Shown: positions 17,587-27,531, counted from the first letter of the stretch. The stretch is 64,000 nt of DNA from Pseudomonadota bacterium (GCA_041178425.1 JBEGVH010000016.1:32001-96000); one strand, 5' to 3'. Translations and numbers: made by a program. Notes: generated from the sequence alone by a model not told the origin.

Positions 17587-19182
17587 TTATTCCTTCGAAT
17601 CCACAACACGAGTCCACTGAGAGAATGTTTTTTCGGGAAAACCGCGCCCAGAATAAATATAACCACTGCCTCCCGCATACTCTATTTTATAATACAGTTC
17701 ATTAACATCCCCTCTTCCGATCACCTCAGATACAAGCAACTCTGAGTTCTGGGGAATCTGTGTGAGGACCACACCACCAATCGTTGTGCGCAAGTTAACA
17801 CCACTAGAATTTTGAACTCGCACTTTTTCTCCAGGTTTTGCAATCAATGCGCCCTTGAGAGGTTCATTTGTTTTTTTGAACCACTGGCGATGATCAGATA
17901 ATTGACCACCGTAAACGTAACCCCATTGCCCATTCCAATAGATTTGATAATATCTCTTTGCGAGATTTTGCTGACGAACCTCAAAGTCAAAGACCTGCAC
18001 GAGAGCACCCTCAGGTAAAACATGAGTCATCTGACCGGCAGGTGTTGCTCTCACATAAATAGCTTTGGTTGCTTTCAGAATAGTTCCGAGAGGGTGTACC
18101 CCTAAGTTTGTTTTGTTAACACAAAGAGAATGGCGATCAACTGGCTCTCGAGGAATTGATTTTTCCACCTGAGAATTCATACGACTAAACGACTCATCAG
18201 TGGCACCAACAAAACGTTGAAGACAAGACAAATCCTTAGAATTCGTAATACAAATAAACCCGCCGTCACCAAGCCCACAATATTCTCCTCGTGAGTTTTG
18301 ATATATTTTTCCTGGCTGGGGACCTTCAGGTGGTTTTGCAAAGTCTCTCATCGGACAGTTTTCATTGCCATCAACGAGACATGGCACGTTCACCACTGTT
18401 TTTTTAGAGGGGTCCTTGATGTATTGTGACCACTGCTGCCCATCAAATTTTTGAATAAAGCCTTTGTCGTTGCGAGCCCATTTGTCGTCGGGGTTTGTCC
18501 AACGGCAAATGCGAGAGGCACCCCCATTATAGGCACTATAGGCCGAGCGGGCTCTCGCTCTCCAGTCGTTTGGATCGGTCATACAGGGTGCCTGGGTTGC
18601 GGCCTCCCAATTGTCATAATATTCTTCTAGAGAGTACACGATATTGTTAACGACATTCCAAGCCGTTCCCTTAGTCACAGCGACGAAGTGCCATCGGTCA
18701 TCGACTTGCATGAGGCCATGGCCATGACCATAATCACCCCTCATCATTTTGAGAGTACCATCCTCATGAAGTCGATAATGGGACCAAAAGCTTTCTTGGT
18801 GAGCCATCGCATGAGAGGCGTGGATAAAGGCCTGCATTTCATCCTGACTCACCTGAGGCTTTCTCTTTCTTATGTAGAGCTCGGCCGACTCTCTGATGAC
18901 TGCCGCAAGCTCATCCATATAGCGAACGCGCTCCTTTTCGGCATTCTTTTTGATATCGAATATAAGAGGCAAATAGGTTTTCCAAACATAGGTATCTTCG
19001 CCAAAGGTGCTCGCATCACAGGCGTACGGAGCCACTCCAAATGACCAAACACCCGCAACTTTATTTTCACATTGCCAATGATCGGGGGTGTTGTTGGGCG
19101 CTGCCAGACTTAAGTTTGGCAGACACCAGAGAACTAAAGACAATAAAAATAATTTTGTATTAAAAATTTTGCAGATTCTCAT
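17587..19182 (-). CDS. Secreted lysozyme/SLT-fold protein with two C-terminal SH3b-like domains
   Basis: Signal peptide; AHQES, GHGLMQV, AYSAYNGG; SH3b-like IYVRATP...WGYVY and VNLRTT...SGYIY. Confidence 0.75.
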   Translation of the reverse strand: MRICKIFNTKLFLLSLVLWCLPNLSLAAPNNTPDHWQCENKVAGVWSFGVAPYACDASTFGEDTYVWKTYLPLIFDIKKNAEKERVRYMDELAAVIRESAELYIRKRKPQVSQDEMQAFIHASHAMAHQESFWSHYRLHEDGTLKMMRGDYGHGHGLMQVDDRWHFVAVTKGTAWNVVNNIVYSLEEYYDNWEAATQAPCMTDPNDWRARARSAYSAYNGGASRICRWTNPDDKWARNDKGFIQKFDGQQWSQYIKDPSKKTVVNVPCLVDGNENCPMRDFAKPPEGPQPGKIYQNSRGEYCGLGDGGFICITNSKDLSCLQRFVGATDESFSRMNSQVEKSIPREPVDRHSLCVNKTNLGVHPLGTILKATKAIYVRATPAGQMTHVLPEGALVQVFDFEVRQQNLAKRYYQIYWNGQWGYVYGGQLSDHRQWFKKTNEPLKGALIAKPGEKVRVQNSSGVNLRTTIGGVVLTQIPQNSELLVSEVIGRGDVNELYYKIEYAGGSGYIYSGRGFPEKTFSQWTRVVDSKE

Positions 19183-19327
19183 AGACTAAGTATCCGCAAA
19201 ATGAGTCGGAAACTTTAGCTTAGGGTGATTTTTAGTTTAAAAGTTAGACAAATCTAGACTATCGATGAGTCTAAAAATACGACGATAGTCGAGGAAGGTA
19301 CGACGACCTCCCGCGACTTTTATTTAA

Positions 19328-20491
19328 CTAGACGTAGGCACCAGTACGAATTTTTTCGAGAATGATCTTCTCAGTCTTCAATGGATCGCGAGGATCCACG
19401 GAGAAAAATGACTGTTGTTCGCAACGTAATTTTTCTTTTACCAACCATCGCAAAATATCAGCCAATTTTTTATTCTTTTTATCCTGAAAAAACGGATCAT
19501 TTTCTAATGCATCTTTAGCTTTTTTAAGTGCGCGCGCCTCTGCGGGATCAGACTCTTTTACTTTATAACAATGAAGATCATACTTTTTAACGTCTTCAGG
19601 AAGAACTCCAAGAAACTTTACATCTGGCGCAGAGAAATCGCTGTTTCGAATTAAACTTGCAGCTGAGCCCGCCTTGAGAGTTCTATAAATATTTTGAAGC
19701 GTATAGGCATCCAAGTCGCCAAAAAAGTACATTGGAACTTCCAGTTGATCCTGTATCAATTTGCACCAACCACGAACCCCGTTACTTGGAACACCTTGCG
19801 CACCCATTAATATACAATTGTTTCTCTTGGTAAATCCCATGGTCGCCAATGTGCCCGCCGTACCTTCTGATTCCACAACGAGGCAAAAATCGATTTTCTT
19901 TTTAGACTTCAGTTTTAGTGACTGAGGACGATTTTTAGGCTGAAAAGGCGATGTCCCAAGCGAACCAAGCTCAACAATAGCTTTCTCACCGTCGGGAAGA
20001 GTTTCCGTAACGATAAGTTGCTGCGAGTAGGTTTGCCCACCCCGATCGTTTGCATAACAGTTGAGTTCTTCTCGGTAAACTTTGAGCATATCCCCAATGA
20101 AATCAACGATAGAGTCACTTTCATCCTGATCCTCAAAATCTAAAGGCTTAAGTTGTCCCGTGCCTTTGATAAGACCTTTAGCAATATAATATAATTCCCT
20201 CTTGGTATTCACCGCTCCGATATCAAGGTTCCGCAGTAGAATCTCGAGCATAAAAACGACTCGAGCGAGTTTCTGAACACTTGAAACATTGAGCTCCGTT
20301 CGAACCGTTTTGTCTCCGGGAGTGAGAAAACCCACTTTTGCATCATAGTAGGAATTATCAAGTGAGCACTTTACAGCTTCAAGAACGGGGCGCTTAGATG
20401 CCTCCAAATCTTTTAACATCTGCTCAGCTAAACGAGTGGCCTCTTTTGGAATATCAATTTTTAGATCACGAATTTTGATTAATTTAGACAT
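19328..20491 (-). CDS. top6A: DNA topoisomerase VI subunit A (Spo11 family)
   Basis: TKRELYY with the catalytic Tyr, FEDQDESD, TOPRIM VVE, GxP and GDLD; downstream of top6B. Confidence 0.92.
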   Translation of the reverse strand: MSKLIKIRDLKIDIPKEATRLAEQMLKDLEASKRPVLEAVKCSLDNSYYDAKVGFLTPGDKTVRTELNVSSVQKLARVVFMLEILLRNLDIGAVNTKRELYYIAKGLIKGTGQLKPLDFEDQDESDSIVDFIGDMLKVYREELNCYANDRGGQTYSQQLIVTETLPDGEKAIVELGSLGTSPFQPKNRPQSLKLKSKKKIDFCLVVESEGTAGTLATMGFTKRNNCILMGAQGVPSNGVRGWCKLIQDQLEVPMYFFGDLDAYTLQNIYRTLKAGSAASLIRNSDFSAPDVKFLGVLPEDVKKYDLHCYKVKESDPAEARALKKAKDALENDPFFQDKKNKKLADILRWLVKEKLRCEQQSFFSVDPRDPLKTEKIILEKIRTGAYV

Positions 20492-20524
20492 GAATCAAGT
20501 CCCTCATTACCTTGTGCAGTTTGT

Positions 20525-22198
20525 CTATACATCTTCACTGTCGTCGCTTTTCGATTTTAACTCATCAACTGCGGCATGAAGGTGTGCATCTTTTTTCTTT
20601 TGGGCAGCAAGGCGACCTTCGGCCTCTTGCAACTCTTTCATGGCATCACTGGAATCTCTCCCAAGAAGTTTACGCAAGCCTTCTGCCGCCTTGAACTTTC
20701 GCTCCTTGGATGCACCCACTATTCGAACCAATCCCTCAACAAGAATGGGGCCAAACTGTTCAATGTGAGCTAGTTTTCTTTCGAGATCAGCTTCTTTTTC
20801 CTCCTTACGAATATGCCGCGAAAGCTTTTGCCCCGCCTGCATCAAAGCTCGTCGGATTTCTTCGACTAATTCATCAGAACTATCGATTGTTTCTTTTGAA
20901 GCGTTTTTAAACTTAATAAATGGAGAAACAACACTCACCGCAAAAACGTAGGGCCCCAGTGGGAGACTATCTTTGGGTTGATTGAGTCCGTAGTTTTTCC
21001 AGTTAACAGTCTCTATGGCCCGCGTGATCGCACAGGCGGCCTTGTCGAATTGCAAGGGAACTCTATTTGCAAAACGTAAAACTTGAACGGGATTGTCGGC
21101 TTCGCCTCGATCTAAAAATCGAGCAAGTGCCACTTCAACAGACACAGGTTTAAAATCGCAAATAGTCGGTTTACGTGTCATAACGGAGAAAAAGTCTACA
21201 CTTCCCAAACGCATGATCGACTTTGAAAGAGATTCCTCACCGACCGTAAGGACCGATTTGGTACTTGGTGCCATCAAATCTGTTTTTTGCATCGCTGAGA
21301 AAATGGTTTTAAAATCATCTTCTTTAAATGACGTTAACGACTTATCTAACAAGGCTTTGGGCATGCCATTTTTGACGATATCCTTAATCGTTTGATCAGC
21401 TATCCGCGAAAACCCTGTCTTCAAAAGTTTTTCTAGGGAAATTTTACCGTATAAGTGAGCATGGGCGATAAATTCCCCCAGCTTCATGGTGTGGGGGTGA
21501 GGCAGTGTTGGCGACGGAACCTCAGGAATGACCGAACTCACCCTTTGAATCATTACGGGTGCACTATCGAGGAGCTTGTATCTCATTTCGAGATGAGGAT
21601 TTACGAGCACAGTACCCTCAAGATAGGTTAGAAGCCCACCATCACCATTCAGTTGTATTCGACCGTCAATAATAAATTCAACGTGAACGCCGCTCTCTTT
21701 GTCCCAATCAATTGTTTCTTTATTTTTCAAAACACCTGTATTCGATCGAATATCAACTTCAACTATACCCGCCACGGCCTTTCGCATTTTCTTGGTTTTA
21801 GAAATAACGCGAACCCCTTTAGCATTGGTAAGCTGGGCCCAGGTGGTTGCTGCCGAAATACCAATCCCTTGCTGCCCTCTGGTGCATTGGCCGCGTCCAA
21901 ACTTTGAGGAAGCCAAATATTCACCAAAGACTCGAGCTAGGTCTTCGGGCTCGATCCCTGGCCCATTATCTTCAACAATAATTTTAATAAGATCAGAATT
22001 CTTTGTGGACCCCGCCCCCACCTTTTCGATGACAATCTCTAAAGTTGGAAGAATTCCTGCGCCCTCGCAAGCATCCAATGAGTTGTCGACGGCTTCTTTG
22101 AGTGTGGTGAGAACGGCCTTAATAGGAGACGAAAACCCTACCTGTTGCAGGTTCTTAGCAAAATACTCTGCGGTGCTACTTTTTGTGATTTTATTCAC
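20525..22198 (-). CDS. top6B: DNA topoisomerase VI subunit B (GHKL ATPase)
   Basis: AEYFAKN..GF, KEAVDNSLDA, EDNGPGI, RGQQGIGISAA, RFANRVPL, FKNASKE. Confidence 0.95.
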   Translation of the reverse strand: MNKITKSSTAEYFAKNLQQVGFSSPIKAVLTTLKEAVDNSLDACEGAGILPTLEIVIEKVGAGSTKNSDLIKIIVEDNGPGIEPEDLARVFGEYLASSKFGRGQCTRGQQGIGISAATTWAQLTNAKGVRVISKTKKMRKAVAGIVEVDIRSNTGVLKNKETIDWDKESGVHVEFIIDGRIQLNGDGGLLTYLEGTVLVNPHLEMRYKLLDSAPVMIQRVSSVIPEVPSPTLPHPHTMKLGEFIAHAHLYGKISLEKLLKTGFSRIADQTIKDIVKNGMPKALLDKSLTSFKEDDFKTIFSAMQKTDLMAPSTKSVLTVGEESLSKSIMRLGSVDFFSVMTRKPTICDFKPVSVEVALARFLDRGEADNPVQVLRFANRVPLQFDKAACAITRAIETVNWKNYGLNQPKDSLPLGPYVFAVSVVSPFIKFKNASKETIDSSDELVEEIRRALMQAGQKLSRHIRKEEKEADLERKLAHIEQFGPILVEGLVRIVGASKERKFKAAEGLRKLLGRDSSDAMKELQEAEGRLAAQKKKDAHLHAAVDELKSKSDDSEDV

Positions 22199-22306
22199 TG
22201 ATCTACGTCCTTTTGTTACTAAAAAAACACAGTGCGATTCATTAAATGAGTCTTTTCCGTAGTTTTTTTCTAAACTTACTCTCTAATTCTTGTTACGGAT
22301 AATGGA

Positions 22307-22792
22307 ATGGTGACAAGGAACTTTTTGGTTTTATTGATTGTATTGCTAGGCGTCGGCTGCACCCCACAGTGCGAAAGAAATCAATTTGAACCATCAAAAC
22401 CCTATTCAAAAGCCATTTCTGAGTTCAAATCCGAAGATATTGGTGAGGGCTCGGGGCCCGAACTCCAAGAGGGCGATTTAGTCGAAGTTAAATTTCGTGG
22501 GTGGATTTACGACTCCAATAAGAGCGATGGCAAGGGTGCCCTCGTTTTCGACAGTTATACCGATAAGACTCCGCTAAAAATCAACTTTGGCCAAGACGAA
22601 ATCCTCTTAGGATGGCAAGAAGGCCTCCTCGGAATGAAAATTGGGGGTAAACGGCGTTTATTTATTCCCTCCCCCATGGCGTACGGTGACGCAGGAGCTG
22701 GTACCATCGTCCCTCCAAAAACTGATCTTATCTATGAAATTGAAGTACTTTCTATTCAATCGGGATCGACAGACGGTGACTCAAAAGAATGA
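22307..22792 (+). CDS. FKBP-type peptidyl-prolyl isomerase (lipoprotein)
   Basis: Lipobox GVGC; FDS, GWQEGLLGMKIGGKRRLFIPSPMAYG, LIYEIEV. Confidence 0.92.
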   Translation: MVTRNFLVLLIVLLGVGCTPQCERNQFEPSKPYSKAISEFKSEDIGEGSGPELQEGDLVEVKFRGWIYDSNKSDGKGALVFDSYTDKTPLKINFGQDEILLGWQEGLLGMKIGGKRRLFIPSPMAYGDAGAGTIVPPKTDLIYEIEVLSIQSGSTDGDSKE

Positions 22793-23112
22793 TCCTGTTG
22801 AGGATCAACCCTTTCGGCTCCTTCGCGACGGTTTTTTAATTCCTCAAAGGCCCTATCTACTGAAGTCTTATAGCCTTTTTCGGTGTTACAGGGTTTACAG
22901 GAAGGAACGACATTGTTTTTAACTGATTGCCCCCCACGAGCGATGGGTAATAGATGATCCATTGTGAGCTCACTGGGGTGAAATCTTTGTCCGCAGTGCG
23001 AGCATATCCCCTTACCCAATTGGTTTTTCCACCATTGAGAGGCTCGTAAATCTCGTGCTTTTAGCTTTTCCCGGCGCTGGTGCTCCGGAGAGGCGGCGAT
23101 AAAAAATTCCAT
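22756..23112 (-). CDS. Small HNH-family endonuclease
   Basis: CSHC...TMDHLLPIARGG...NVVPSCKPCN; ATG at 23112 preferred. Confidence 0.88.
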   Translation of the reverse strand: MEFFIAASPEHQRREKLKARDLRASQWWKNQLGKGICSHCGQRFHPSELTMDHLLPIARGGQSVKNNVVPSCKPCNTEKGYKTSVDRAFEELKNRREGAERVDPQQDHSFESPSVDPD

Positions 23113-23255
23113 CGCATCGGTGATAAACGAAACCCAAAAGAAAATCAATGAATGCTATCTAAAAATTAAGCATTTCTGAGACTGATGACAAACTTTGGCC
23201 ATTGCTCTGTGAATAAAATCCCTTTATATAAAGAGCTCTTGATAAGGAATACCAG

Positions 23256-23489
23256 ATGACCCAAGAGCAAATGCTTAATCGCCTAATAACCGCTTTTCCA
23301 AACTCGGATATCGAGGTTTTTGACCTGACTGGCACTGAAGATCATTGGGAAGTTCACGTAACTTCTCAAAAATTTTCCGGACTTCCCCGTATTCAACAAC
23401 ATAAACTCGTCATGCAAGCTTTTGACGAGGAGTTGAAAACTGGGGAGGTTCACGCCCTAACAATGAAAACAAAGGAGAAAAAAATATGA
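23256..23489 (+). CDS. bolA: BolA/IbaG family protein
   Basis: DHWEVHVTS..FSG..RIQQHKLV...VHAL; AAGGA SD. Confidence 0.92.
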   Translation: MTQEQMLNRLITAFPNSDIEVFDLTGTEDHWEVHVTSQKFSGLPRIQQHKLVMQAFDEELKTGEVHALTMKTKEKKI

Positions 23490-23794
23490 CCACGCACGAA
23501 AGAATTGATAAAATTGTTACCGAAAACAAAGTCGTTCTCTTTATGAAGGGCTCCCCGTCGTTTCCACAATGTGGTTTTTCAGCCCGCGCTACAGCCATTC
23601 TCCAAGAAATTGGAACTTCCTTTTACTCAGTAGACGTTCTCGAAGACCACGAAATACGCCAGGGTATTAAAGAGTATGGAAACTGGCCAACCATCCCGCA
23701 ACTTTATGTCAATAAACAATTGATTGGTGGCAGCGACATCATGATGGAAATGTACCAAGAAGGCGAACTTCAAGAACTTCTAGCTTCAAAGTAA
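23486..23794 (+). CDS. grxD: Monothiol glutaredoxin Grx4
   Basis: LFMKG..PQCGFS, WPTIPQLY, GGSDI. Confidence 0.97.
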   Translation: MTTHERIDKIVTENKVVLFMKGSPSFPQCGFSARATAILQEIGTSFYSVDVLEDHEIRQGIKEYGNWPTIPQLYVNKQLIGGSDIMMEMYQEGELQELLASK

Positions 23795-23878
23795 CCTCTG
23801 AGATTTGGTTCTTTTTGGGGGAAGACCCCTTTGGGTTAGCTTTCCTCGATACCTCCGCTGTATTATTTTTAGTTAAGA

Positions 23879-23910
23879 AGGCCCTGAGACATTAGTTGTA
23901 CTCAGGGCCT
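23879..23910. repeat. 10-bp inverted repeat downstream of grxD
   Basis: AGGCCCTGAG-N12-CTCAGGGCCT. Confidence 0.6.
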
Positions 23911-23975
23911 CAGTTGTCTCGAAATTTGTTAGGTAACTACAACTAAATATCACTTATTTTGACGTAAAAGCTGCA

Positions 23976-25460
23976 ATGACTAGCCTCGAACATGTTTCGA
24001 TTTGGAGGTCGTGTATGAAAAAGCTATTTACGAAAAAATCATTGCCTGTTCTAACAAAAATCCCGCAAGCGAGCATGTACCCTCCGTTGGGATGGGGTGA
24101 ATTTCTTGCTGCCCTCGTTATCTTTCTTGCCATCGTTTCCCTACCCTTTCGAAGTCAGGCTCAATCGAACCCATTCCTTTGCCAACCTGATTTACTTGCT
24201 AAAATAAATACCAAGTGGGCTCAATACCCCTTCTTAGGAGCTGCCAAAGGAACCCCCGCCTTTATTCTGATGAAAAAAACCTGCGTCGCCACTTACGAGA
24301 ATGGAGTTGTCTTGGCCACCTATGAACATGGCGCCTTCGAACTCCATGGTTCGATTTGGTCGAAATGGAAGTTACTTGGGGGACTTAACGGTTTCCTCGG
24401 AACACCTCTTACTGATGAATCGGCAACTCCCGACGGTGCTGGGCGATATAATCACTTCGAAAATGGTTCTATTTATTACTTTCCCTGTTTGGGCCCCTTT
24501 GAAGTTCATGGACTCATCCGCAATCGCTGGGCCCAAATGGGTTGGGAGCGAAGTGCCCTTGGATATCCGAAATCTGACGAACTCACCCTCGCAGACGGAC
24601 AAGGTAAATTCACCCTCTTCCAACATGGAGCTATCTATTGGCATCCCTCCGACAATAAAACTTACGTTTTAACTGGAGATATCTTTAACCAGTGGAAAGA
24701 CCAAGGCGCCGATAAGGGCATTTTAAAACGACCGATTGGCGACGTCACATGTACTCCCTTCACCTGCATTCAAAAATTTGTAGGTGGAACCTTGAGCTCA
24801 ATAAAAATAAATCGCCCCGTGGATCTTCGAAGTGAAATAAATCGGCGCGGGATTACGATTGCCAATCAATCGCCGCGCCCCACCTGCTCCGTGCACGCAA
24901 TGACTTTTTTGCTGGAGTGGGGCTACACAGAGCTCTGTGGTTCGAGAATGAAGGATCTATCGGAAGAATACCTCAATCATATGACCAATCTGGCCTCGGG
25001 GCGCACGAATGATGGCGATTTCTTTTCCTTTATCGCCGCTGGTTTTGACAAATATGGAATCGTTTCTGAGGCGGATATGCCCTATAAAACAAGCTATAAC
25101 TTTGCCAACGTGAGTGCATCGAGCGAACTCATCTCTAGAGGGCAAGTCTTCACACGCAAGGGGGTTAAGCTCAATGGCCACTTCATTAAACCCAACGATG
25201 GAAGTGTGGGAATGACGGATTCCCAATATAAAGAAGTCTTTCAATGGCTTCTCAAGGGAATTCCTGTAGCCATTGGCCGATCCCATTCGACGGTGATCGT
25301 TGGGTATAAGTATGACGCCACTCGTGGAGGAGGAGGCCAATTCATAATTCGAAATAGCTACGGTCCAAACACAGATGACCACGGCTATTTTTATGAAGAT
25401 TTCGATTCAGTAAAAAAATCCGTCAACGACGTTTATGTTTACGACTGGCCAAAACAATAA
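23976..25460 (+). CDS. Secreted LGFP-repeat plus papain-like (C1) cysteine peptidase
   Basis: Repeats FLGTPLTDE...FENGSIY and LGYPKSDE...FQHGAIYW; catalytic NQSPRPTC, HSTVIVGY, IRNSYG. The true start may be 24015 (GGAGG upstream). Confidence 0.82.
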   Translation: MTSLEHVSIWRSCMKKLFTKKSLPVLTKIPQASMYPPLGWGEFLAALVIFLAIVSLPFRSQAQSNPFLCQPDLLAKINTKWAQYPFLGAAKGTPAFILMKKTCVATYENGVVLATYEHGAFELHGSIWSKWKLLGGLNGFLGTPLTDESATPDGAGRYNHFENGSIYYFPCLGPFEVHGLIRNRWAQMGWERSALGYPKSDELTLADGQGKFTLFQHGAIYWHPSDNKTYVLTGDIFNQWKDQGADKGILKRPIGDVTCTPFTCIQKFVGGTLSSIKINRPVDLRSEINRRGITIANQSPRPTCSVHAMTFLLEWGYTELCGSRMKDLSEEYLNHMTNLASGRTNDGDFFSFIAAGFDKYGIVSEADMPYKTSYNFANVSASSELISRGQVFTRKGVKLNGHFIKPNDGSVGMTDSQYKEVFQWLLKGIPVAIGRSHSTVIVGYKYDATRGGGGQFIIRNSYGPNTDDHGYFYEDFDSVKKSVNDVYVYDWPKQ

Positions 25461-25489
25461 CTTCCTTCCTTTGCTCAACTCATACTTAA

Positions 25490-25520
25490 ATCACCGGGGT
25501 GCCCGTCGCTCCCCGGTGAT
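25490..25520 (+). terminator. GC-rich hairpin after the peptidase gene
   Basis: ATCACCGGGG-N11-CCCCGGTGAT; the U-tract is weak. Confidence 0.5.
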
Positions 25521-25576
25521 GATTATTGACAGCCTGAGTCCAACTCTCCTAAAACAATAATCACTTAGGGGAGTTT

Positions 25577-26152
25577 ATGAAACCTGCTGCTTTTCTCGAT
25601 CGTGACGGTGTTATCTGTGAATACGTTGATCACCTTCATCGCGTCGAAGATTTTAAATTACGCGAAAAATCCGCCGAGGCTATTCGCTCCCTTAACGAAG
25701 CTGGCTACTGGGTGTTTGTTATGACGAATCAACCCATGATTGGAAAAGGTCTTCTGACTCACGAGGGTCTCTCCATCATCCATGCACGTATGCACTCAGA
25801 ATTAAAACTTCACGGCGCGCACCTAGATTCTGTTGAGTTCTGCCCCCACTCTCCGGTAGGAACAATTGCTCCTTGGAATGTCGAGTGTGAGTGCCGCAAA
25901 CCAAAAGTTGGTATGATTCAAAAGCTTTGTCGCGAATTTTCCATCGATCTCCATAATTCTTTTGTTGTGGGAGATACTTGGCGTGATATTCAATGCGCTC
26001 AAACCATGGGTTTATTCAATTATGGTGTTTGCGGAGGAGCGGGGTTCCCTTACACTGAATCAAGCAAATATGCCTCGGTGAAACCAGATTTTATGGTCGA
26101 GTCTCTTTGGGATGCCGTTCAGCATCAGTTCGGAGTCAGGAATGATAAATAA
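25577..26152 (+). CDS. HAD-IIIA phosphatase, GmhB (heptose 1,7-bisphosphate phosphatase)/HisB-N family
   Basis: FLDRDGVI, TNQ, CPH...CECRKP, VGD..RDI. Confidence 0.88.
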   Translation: MKPAAFLDRDGVICEYVDHLHRVEDFKLREKSAEAIRSLNEAGYWVFVMTNQPMIGKGLLTHEGLSIIHARMHSELKLHGAHLDSVEFCPHSPVGTIAPWNVECECRKPKVGMIQKLCREFSIDLHNSFVVGDTWRDIQCAQTMGLFNYGVCGGAGFPYTESSKYASVKPDFMVESLWDAVQHQFGVRNDK

Positions 26153-26948
26153 AGTTAAAATTTATATCGTTGTAATCACAGCACTCGCTTCACTCCATTG
26201 TCAGAGATCGCACACTCTCTTCGCCTACCATTCCCTCGAAACCGTCAACCTTTCACCAATCGAAACCCTCCCTGCTATTATTGGCGGCGAAGAGGTTAAT
26301 ATTAGCGACCCGTTCATTTTATCAATCGTAGGTGTCGTTAATATGGAGAAAGGCTCCCTCTGCACAGGAACACTGATTGATCGAACTCATGTTCTCACCG
26401 CTGCTCATTGCCTTCCTAAAAATGTTCATAGCTTGAGGTTATTCACGGGACTCAATCGTAAAGATAAGACCTCGGTGCTTGATGCGGTTTCATTTGCCTC
26501 AACTCCGCAATGGCAAGAGCATGATTCTGACGAATTTGATCGCGGAGACATCGCCGTTATTAAAATTACTGGCGATTTGCCCCGCGAATATAAACCAATT
26601 CAATTTGTGAGCGCTGAGACTCTCCAGGCGGGCGAGGAAGTTCTCATTGCCGGCTATGGGCGAAATGATGGTTTTAAAAAATCTGGCGCTGGAACCTTAA
26701 GAAAAACATTTATTACTATTGAGAATCCCCAACACGGAAAAACCGAAGTTCTCTTTAATCAAAGCAATGGCAAAGGCGCCTGCCATGGTGATTCCGGCGG
26801 CCCGGCCTTTATTACCACTCCAAAGGGTTATTACCAATGGGGCGTGACCAGCCGCGAATATAAAGATCCCGAAAAAGACTGCAGTCACTACTCGATCTAC
26901 TCAAAGATCGAGCCTCACATGGATTGGATTCGTCAAAATTTGAATTAA
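26142..26948 (+). CDS. Secreted trypsin-like (S1) serine protease
   Basis: IIGG, LTAAHC, DIAVI, GDSGGP. Confidence 0.93.
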   Translation: MINKVKIYIVVITALASLHCQRSHTLFAYHSLETVNLSPIETLPAIIGGEEVNISDPFILSIVGVVNMEKGSLCTGTLIDRTHVLTAAHCLPKNVHSLRLFTGLNRKDKTSVLDAVSFASTPQWQEHDSDEFDRGDIAVIKITGDLPREYKPIQFVSAETLQAGEEVLIAGYGRNDGFKKSGAGTLRKTFITIENPQHGKTEVLFNQSNGKGACHGDSGGPAFITTPKGYYQWGVTSREYKDPEKDCSHYSIYSKIEPHMDWIRQNLN

Positions 26949-26982
26949 AAAGATCCCGGCCTATAACTTGGACGTGCCTCAT

Positions 26983-27471
26983 CTATTCGCTTTGGCAACT
27001 CATGCTCAAGGTGCCCCCCATGTGGAAGCCCGCTTGAAAAATATAACGGGCTTCAAATTCATCACCCTTTGAAGCGTCGAGCACAAGATCTCCCCACATT
27101 CCATGCTCGAGCCCATCGGTCGAAGTTGCATCGAGGTTTTTGAAGCGAACCCAACCTTTGTATTTTCGGGGTCGATACGTGGTATCGGAACTCATCGATG
27201 CAATTGTAAACTGACCGCGATATCCGTTGTCGGGTGTGATCTTGTCGCCATCAAGAAAAGGCGTCTTTACATTAAAATAACCATTGAGATTGGTAATTAA
27301 GTATTTTGGTTTTTGTGCACGCTCGAGCGTAAATCGCAACTCGCTTTCTTGGGGAAGGAGTCCGGCTCCCGCTTGAACGGCTGATATCCCTTTGCAAACA
27401 ACGGCCTCGCTGGCTGAAACTCTCATAGCGATCAAAAATACGGTTAATGTAAATAATGACAATAGATTCAT
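26983..27471 (-). CDS. Hypothetical secreted protein
   Basis: Signal peptide; AAGGAG SD; one Cys near each end of the mature chain. Confidence 0.72.
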   Translation of the reverse strand: MNLLSLFTLTVFLIAMRVSASEAVVCKGISAVQAGAGLLPQESELRFTLERAQKPKYLITNLNGYFNVKTPFLDGDKITPDNGYRGQFTIASMSSDTTYRPRKYKGWVRFKNLDATSTDGLEHGMWGDLVLDASKGDEFEARYIFQAGFHMGGTLSMSCQSE

Positions 27472-27515
27472 TTTGAACTCCTTAAGCTCTATGGATGAGC
27501 CAAGGAATCACTGGT

Positions 27516-27531
27516 AGCAATAGTTCGGCCA
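27516..27531 (-). promoter_or_regulatory. Sigma54-type promoter for the 27471 gene
   Basis: Minus strand TGGCCG-AACTA-TTGCT (GG-N10-GC). Confidence 0.6.

Noticed and set aside
21699..22262. 187-aa ORF antisense to top6B, and similar shadow ORFs elsewhere
   Set aside because: Lies almost entirely opposite a conserved gene, with no motifs or SD.
22756..23112. HNH nuclease near topo VI as a defence or mobile system
   Set aside because: Small stand-alone HNH among housekeeping genes (FKBP, bolA-grxD), with no methylase, ATPase partner or repeats, and separated from top6B by a divergent gene.
27486..27508. Plus-strand GCTC-TATGGAT-GAGC hairpin and AAGGAA resembling CsrA sites
   Set aside because: Antisense to the leader of the adjacent minus-strand gene, and only two motifs; may be chance.
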